Virus record (IMG/VR): IMGVR_UViG_3300009873_000013
Span: 49,471-69,470 of that record
Reading direction: 5' to 3' (one strand)
From: an uncultured virus (IMG/VR IMGVR_UViG_3300009873_000013)
Taxonomy: Duplodnaviria; Heunggongvirae; Uroviricota; Caudoviricetes
DNA length: 20,000 nucleotides
Made by a program: the position numbers and the translations under genes. The notes under the pieces were generated by a model. The model was not told where the DNA came from. It worked only from the letters and a program-made list of their open reading frames with translations, and searched no databases. This document shows positions 16,076-20,000 of this stretch, piece after piece; position 1 is the first letter of the stretch, and every line of letters starts with the position of its first letter.

Positions 16076-16933
16076 ATGCCACGACGAGCGAAGAAGGAAC
16101 GTACCGGCCCCTTCTACTTCTACGGCTACTGCCGCGTCAGCCACGAGAAGTCGACCCAGCAGGGAACCTCGATCGACGCACAGATCGCACAGATCATCCG
16201 CCTGCACGATTACCGCCGAGACCAGGGCAAACTGGAAGGCGTCGAGTGGGGGCCTGTCGGCTGGTGGGGCGAGAAGCAAGAGGGCGAAGAGTCGAGCGAC
16301 GGGTTCTTCGTCGACCAGTCGGTGAGCGCTTTCAAGGTGGAACTGGGAGCGCGGCCGGCCGGCCGACGTCTCAACGCCATCTTGCAGCCAGGCGATCACA
16401 TCGCTTTCGCCTACGCCGATCGCGCCGTCCGCTCGATCCGCGACTTCTCGCTGACGATCCACCGCTGGATCGAACGCGGCGTCCGCGTGCACTTCGTCAC
16501 GCCCGACGTCGATCCCACGACGCCCTACGGACTGGCGTTCCTGCAGATGAGCGTGGTCTTCGCCGAGCTCGACAGCCGCTTGAAGAGCCAACGGATCAAG
16601 GACACGTTCGAACAGATGCGGGCCGTCGGCAAGCCGACCAGTGGCGGCCCGAATTACGGCTGGAAGAAGGTCCCGGGCAGCAACGAATGGATTCCCGACC
16701 TCGAGGAGCGGGCCCTGATCGATCAGATGATCTATTGGCGGGACGTCGAAGGCCGAGGCTGGTGCGAGATCGAGGACATGATCGAAGAGCTGCAGGCCCA
16801 GCGCGACGGTCGCAAGCCCTACCCGCGCAACTCGTGCGACCCCAAACGCAAGCGGCGTTACACCCACGAGCAGGTCCGCAAGGCCATCCAACGCTCGGCC
16901 GAGTGGCGGAACAAAGTGCCGGCCGAGGCCTAG
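16076..16933 (+). CDS. Serine recombinase (resolvase/invertase catalytic domain plus short recombinase-like C-terminal domain)
   Basis: YGYCRVS (catalytic Ser), SIDAQ, SAF...RP, DRAVRS, 'FAELDSRLKSQRIKD', 'GGPNYGW'; 285 aa. Confidence 0.9.
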   Translation: MPRRAKKERTGPFYFYGYCRVSHEKSTQQGTSIDAQIAQIIRLHDYRRDQGKLEGVEWGPVGWWGEKQEGEESSDGFFVDQSVSAFKVELGARPAGRRLNAILQPGDHIAFAYADRAVRSIRDFSLTIHRWIERGVRVHFVTPDVDPTTPYGLAFLQMSVVFAELDSRLKSQRIKDTFEQMRAVGKPTSGGPNYGWKKVPGSNEWIPDLEERALIDQMIYWRDVEGRGWCEIEDMIEELQAQRDGRKPYPRNSCDPKRKRRYTHEQVRKAIQRSAEWRNKVPAEA

Positions 16934-17109
16934 CCGGCTTGCCGCTGCACGTCCACCACGGCATCGACCGGGTCGCTGTTGACGGCCGAGAAGCGTTCGT
17001 TGCCCACGGTCCAGCTACAGACCCATAGGTCGGTGTCCTCATCCCAGCAGAGCGAGAACGCCTCGCCGTTGGTTTTCATCTGGCGGATCATCCGCTCGAG
17101 ACCATCCAT
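16930..17109 (-). CDS. Hypothetical protein (59 aa)
   Basis: Hand-translated MDGLERMIRQMKTNGEAFSLCWDEDTDLWVCSWTVGNERFSAVNSDPVDAVVDVQRQAG*; GGAG SD; the stop shares CTAG with the recombinase stop. Confidence 0.6.
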   Translation of the reverse strand: MDGLERMIRQMKTNGEAFSLCWDEDTDLWVCSWTVGNERFSAVNSDPVDAVVDVQRQAG

Positions 17110-17139
17110 GCCGGCGTCTCCATCACAGGCCGGTATGTG

Positions 17140-17433
17140 CTACTTCTGCGCTCCCCAGATGAGCGTCACGATGGACGTCACCAAGGCCCCGATCACCGAG
17201 ACCACCGCCGCCGCGATGCTGCCCTTGATCGTCCGCTCGGTCTGCTTCATGTCCTTCACGGTCCGCTCCACGCGATCGAGCCGGGTGTTGATCCCCACCC
17301 GATGCGACGAGCCGTCGCCGTAGATCGACGTGTCGTGGCACTCGAGCCGCTCGAGCGCGTCGTCGAACTTCGTCTCCATCCGGGTCAGACGTGTGAGAAT
17401 CTGACCAAGCTGTTCGCTGTCGGTCGGCGACAT
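17140..17433 (-). CDS. Coiled-coil protein with C-terminal TM helix (XhlA/holin-like)
   Basis: 'LTRLTRMETKFD...RLDRVE' followed by hydrophobic IAAAVVSVIGALVTSIVTLIW; GGAG SD. Confidence 0.6.
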   Translation of the reverse strand: MSPTDSEQLGQILTRLTRMETKFDDALERLECHDTSIYGDGSSHRVGINTRLDRVERTVKDMKQTERTIKGSIAAAVVSVIGALVTSIVTLIWGAQK

Positions 17434-17494
17434 CCATCGGCTCCTGGCTGCTGGTCCGTCATGGCGATCAGGCGCAGGAGGAGCGAGCCGGTGA

Positions 17495-17845
17495 TCAGGC
17501 CGGGATTCCGCCCAGGAACAAGGGCAAAAGCTGCTTGATCGCCTCGACGATCAGTGGAATGATCCGCTCGAGAAAGTCGGCGAACCCTTCCCAATCGCGA
17601 CCGTCCGGCGGCACCATCTCGACGTCGATCGTCTGATAGGCGGCGTTGAGCAAGTTGTTGTCGCCCATGCCCGACCAGATCGCATCGCGATCCTCTGCGG
17701 ACAGGTCGGACTTACGGAGCTGACGCCACAGGGCGATCTTCAAGAACGGCTCAGCCAAACGGAAGTCGACAGGCTGTGGCAGGTCGCGACGTCGGCGACG
17801 GAAGAGCAAGCCACTCGGTTGAACGGCGGCAGAGGCGGTGCACAT
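17495..17845 (-). CDS. Hypothetical protein with amphipathic C-terminal helix
   Basis: AAGGA SD; C-terminus DWEGFADFLERIIPLIVEAIKQLLPLF. Confidence 0.65.
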   Translation of the reverse strand: MCTASAAVQPSGLLFRRRRRDLPQPVDFRLAEPFLKIALWRQLRKSDLSAEDRDAIWSGMGDNNLLNAAYQTIDVEMVPPDGRDWEGFADFLERIIPLIVEAIKQLLPLFLGGIPA

Positions 17846-17863
17846 GGCGAGGTTCCTTGGTAA

Positions 17864-17974
17864 GGCACGGCCCGACGAGCAGCCGAAGCCACTCGCCGGG
17901 CCTCACATGGGAATTTCAAAGTTACCCCAGCCTGGGGTGAGTCAGCCCCAGGCCGGGGCGCCTCCGGGTCAAAC
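17864..17974 (-). other. Intergenic run of three GC-rich hairpins, one with a C(UUCG)G tetraloop
   Basis: Minus strand: GCTTCTGG/CCGGAGGC; CCCCGGCCTGGGG/CCCCAGGCTGGGG; GGCCCGGCGAGTGGC-TTCG-GCTGCTCGTCGGGCC. Confidence 0.6.
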
Positions 17975-17997
17975 CAGAAGCAGACGGCAGGCTGGGC

Positions 17998-18825
17998 TCA
18001 GTAGCCCAGCGCTTGGTTGTAGAGCTCGGTCTCGAGGCGATCCTGCTGGACGGCCGGCGCGCCGCCATGCAGCCACGATCGCACGGGAGTCTTGAAGTGC
18101 TTGGGAGGGTAGCCCCACAAGGCCCCCTGTGTGGCCGCGCGATAGGTCGCCGAGCGGGTACCGTACCCCAACGCGTAGCTGGGCGCGTAAGCCGGTCCCG
18201 CTCCGTTGTACGTGTACCGCATCGAATAGTCGTAGCCCGGGAAGTAGCCGGTCGACTTGGCCTCGGTCTTCTTCGTCTCCAGCTTCTCGACGCGCTCGTT
18301 GATCTGGTTCAAGCTCTCGCCCAAACCGCGGAGCATGCCGATCAGTTCGTCGTCGATCGCGGCGCCTTGCGCCTCGACCTGGCAGCTACCGCAGGCGCTG
18401 CCACTGCAGGAGCAACCGCCTCCCATCGGCGCCATGCAGCCATGCGCCCGATACTCGAAGGTGTTGCTGTACTGGTTCTGCGGCGTCACAGGCGCCGCGG
18501 CCTGGCCGCTGAAGCGGCGCTCGACTTCGACCGAGATGTCCTGGCTGCTACTGCCACAGTTGCCGCTACGGCAGCGACCTCCACGGCGACCAAACAGACC
18601 GACCTGCTGCACCGGAACCACCCCCGAGGCGGTCGTGGCCGTCGTCACCTGGGCGTTCTGGAAGGCGGCGTTGAAGTTGTCCACCGTCCGCGGTCCGCAC
18701 TGGTTGGACTGAGCCAAGACGGTGTGCGGCGCGAAGATCAGTAGGTAGACGATCACGAGCAGCAACAGCACTCGAACGGGCGGTAGCGAACAAAGCACCT
18801 CGGACCACCACTTCATGCACTTCAT
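17998..18825 (-). CDS. Secreted/membrane-anchored low-complexity Cys/Gly/Tyr-rich protein
   Basis: Start MKCMKWW at 18825 with AAGGAG SD; hydrophobic signal segment ending VLA-Q; short coiled coil. Confidence 0.7.
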   Translation of the reverse strand: MKCMKWWSEVLCSLPPVRVLLLLVIVYLLIFAPHTVLAQSNQCGPRTVDNFNAAFQNAQVTTATTASGVVPVQQVGLFGRRGGRCRSGNCGSSSQDISVEVERRFSGQAAAPVTPQNQYSNTFEYRAHGCMAPMGGGCSCSGSACGSCQVEAQGAAIDDELIGMLRGLGESLNQINERVEKLETKKTEAKSTGYFPGYDYSMRYTYNGAGPAYAPSYALGYGTRSATYRAATQGALWGYPPKHFKTPVRSWLHGGAPAVQQDRLETELYNQALGY

Positions 18826-18839
18826 GGCAAAGCTCCTTC

Positions 18840-19811
18840 TCAGTAGGGGCCGGCTCGCTCCAGCACCGTGGCGGCGTCCGACAGCGCGAGACACGCGGTC
18901 TCGTTGTCGGAGATCAGCCCCAAGGCTTCCAGCGAACCGAGCAGTTTGTCGACGCCTGTAAAGAACGGTTCCCACGCAGCAGCGGCGTCGCCCAACTGCG
19001 AGGTGGCATACTCCACAACGTACTGGTAGTGCGTCTGGTCATTCAGTTGACCAGACATGGCGGCGTTCACGGCCATCCGAAAGGCGGTCGCCACCTTGGG
19101 CACGTCCGCGGCCATCGAGGGAGACTGGACCTGCACGATCAGCTTCTCGATCGCCCGGGCGAAGTCGGTCATGCCGGTGTCGGCCAACTCGAGTCGCTGC
19201 GGCGTGACCTGCGGAACAGGAGGGCCCGCCGGCTCGTCTGGTTCGACCGGTTCGCCTTCCGCGTTCACCTGCACTGGCACCGGCACCGGGACGTCGAAGG
19301 TGTTGGGCGTCAGCGTCAACGCGCGCCAGTCGCTCGCGACCTCACCGTTGGGACCCGAGACCGAGACGAACAGGATGTAGTCACCGTCCTCGTCACTGGC
19401 GAATGACATATGCGACGGATCGGGAGTCGGGCGCAGGCCGTCGACCGGCGGCACGATCTCGAAGTGAAAGCTGTCGGCCGTGCCCACGACGTTGGCGATG
19501 ATGTCGACCATCGATCCGGCGACAACAGCCTTCGGCGCGACCAGCTTGACGGCCAGCGGGTCCTTGTTGGACGCCTCTTGTTCCTTGGTCTCGGTCAGCA
19601 TCTTCTCGATCGCGTCGATCCGCTCGACGAGCGGATCGGCCGGCTGGCTGACTTCGGTCTTTTGGACCGGCGCCGCCGACTCTCCCTCGCCGCCGACGAA
19701 GTAACCGCCTCCAGCAGCCGCCGCTGCGGCGATGCCGATCATGGTGGCGATCTGTTTCCAGTTGTTGGCCGCCGGCTTGGACGGCTCGATCTGCTGAGCT
19801 GGCTGGTTCAT
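18840..19811 (-). CDS. Membrane-anchored protein: TM helix, coiled coil, beta-rich (Ig/PKD-like) domain, Pro linker, helical domain
   Basis: IATMIGIAAAAAAGGGYFV TM; AAGGA SD; domain calls are from residue patterns only. Confidence 0.7.
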   Translation of the reverse strand: MNQPAQQIEPSKPAANNWKQIATMIGIAAAAAAGGGYFVGGEGESAAPVQKTEVSQPADPLVERIDAIEKMLTETKEQEASNKDPLAVKLVAPKAVVAGSMVDIIANVVGTADSFHFEIVPPVDGLRPTPDPSHMSFASDEDGDYILFVSVSGPNGEVASDWRALTLTPNTFDVPVPVPVQVNAEGEPVEPDEPAGPPVPQVTPQRLELADTGMTDFARAIEKLIVQVQSPSMAADVPKVATAFRMAVNAAMSGQLNDQTHYQYVVEYATSQLGDAAAAWEPFFTGVDKLLGSLEALGLISDNETACLALSDAATVLERAGPY

Positions 19812-19815
19812 GCGT

Positions 19816-19998
19816 TCATTCCTTCGCTAGCTGTTTTGACCCGTAGACGTAACTCCGAGACGTGAAAGTTTCGAACAGCGCCATCAGATCGGCCGCCTCT
19901 TGGGCCGACATAGGTGGCTGCTGTAGGACGCGAGGATCGCAGAATCGATCGGCCCGGCCGTTGTCGCTCATGCCCTGGCCGTAACCGGCGAGCACGTG
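19816..19998 (-). CDS. 3' end of a hypothetical gene entering from the right edge
   Basis: Open frame ...HVLAGYGQGMSDNG...GSKQLAKE* stopping 4 nt before the next ATG. Confidence 0.5.
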   Translation of the reverse strand, partial: HVLAGYGQGMSDNGRADRFCDPRVLQQPPMSAQEAADLMALFETFTSRSYVYGSKQLAKE

Positions 19999-20000
19999 GC

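Noticed and set aside
16076..16933. IS607-type transposon
   Set aside because: No N-terminal MerR-like HTH before the catalytic domain and no adjacent tnpB.

Overview
High-GC fragment of a tailed-phage or prophage genome, probably from a Planctomycetota host (DUF1580-like HTH protein, twin-arginine-like leaders, Planctomycete-style secreted proteins; host assignment is inference). Layout: (i) 1-2306, minus strand, head genes: a Q/P/G-rich scaffold-like protein, then a probable major capsid protein running off the left edge. (ii) 2480-16933, a plus-strand early/accessory block of small hypothetical ORFs, a clamp-loader-like AAA+ ATPase, a DUF6094-like N6-adenine methyltransferase with a SNF2/DEAD-like helicase (ICE-type pair), an internally deleted C5 cytosine methyltransferase and a serine recombinase. 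A ~1 kb mostly non-coding, repeat-rich segment (6590-7690) interrupts this block. (iii) 16930-20000, minus-strand membrane/secreted and holin-like genes. The main discovery is a candidate ~90-nt three-way-junction small RNA (15963-16054) with its own TATAAT box. Its two internal arms carry TGGTGAA and GTGAGACTCC, the reverse complements of a bipartite motif (TTCACCA-n3-8-GGAGTCTCAC). That motif overlaps the ribosome-binding site of seven different genes spread over 10 kb, suggesting a c4/CI-like antisense RNA acting as a multi-target master regulator.
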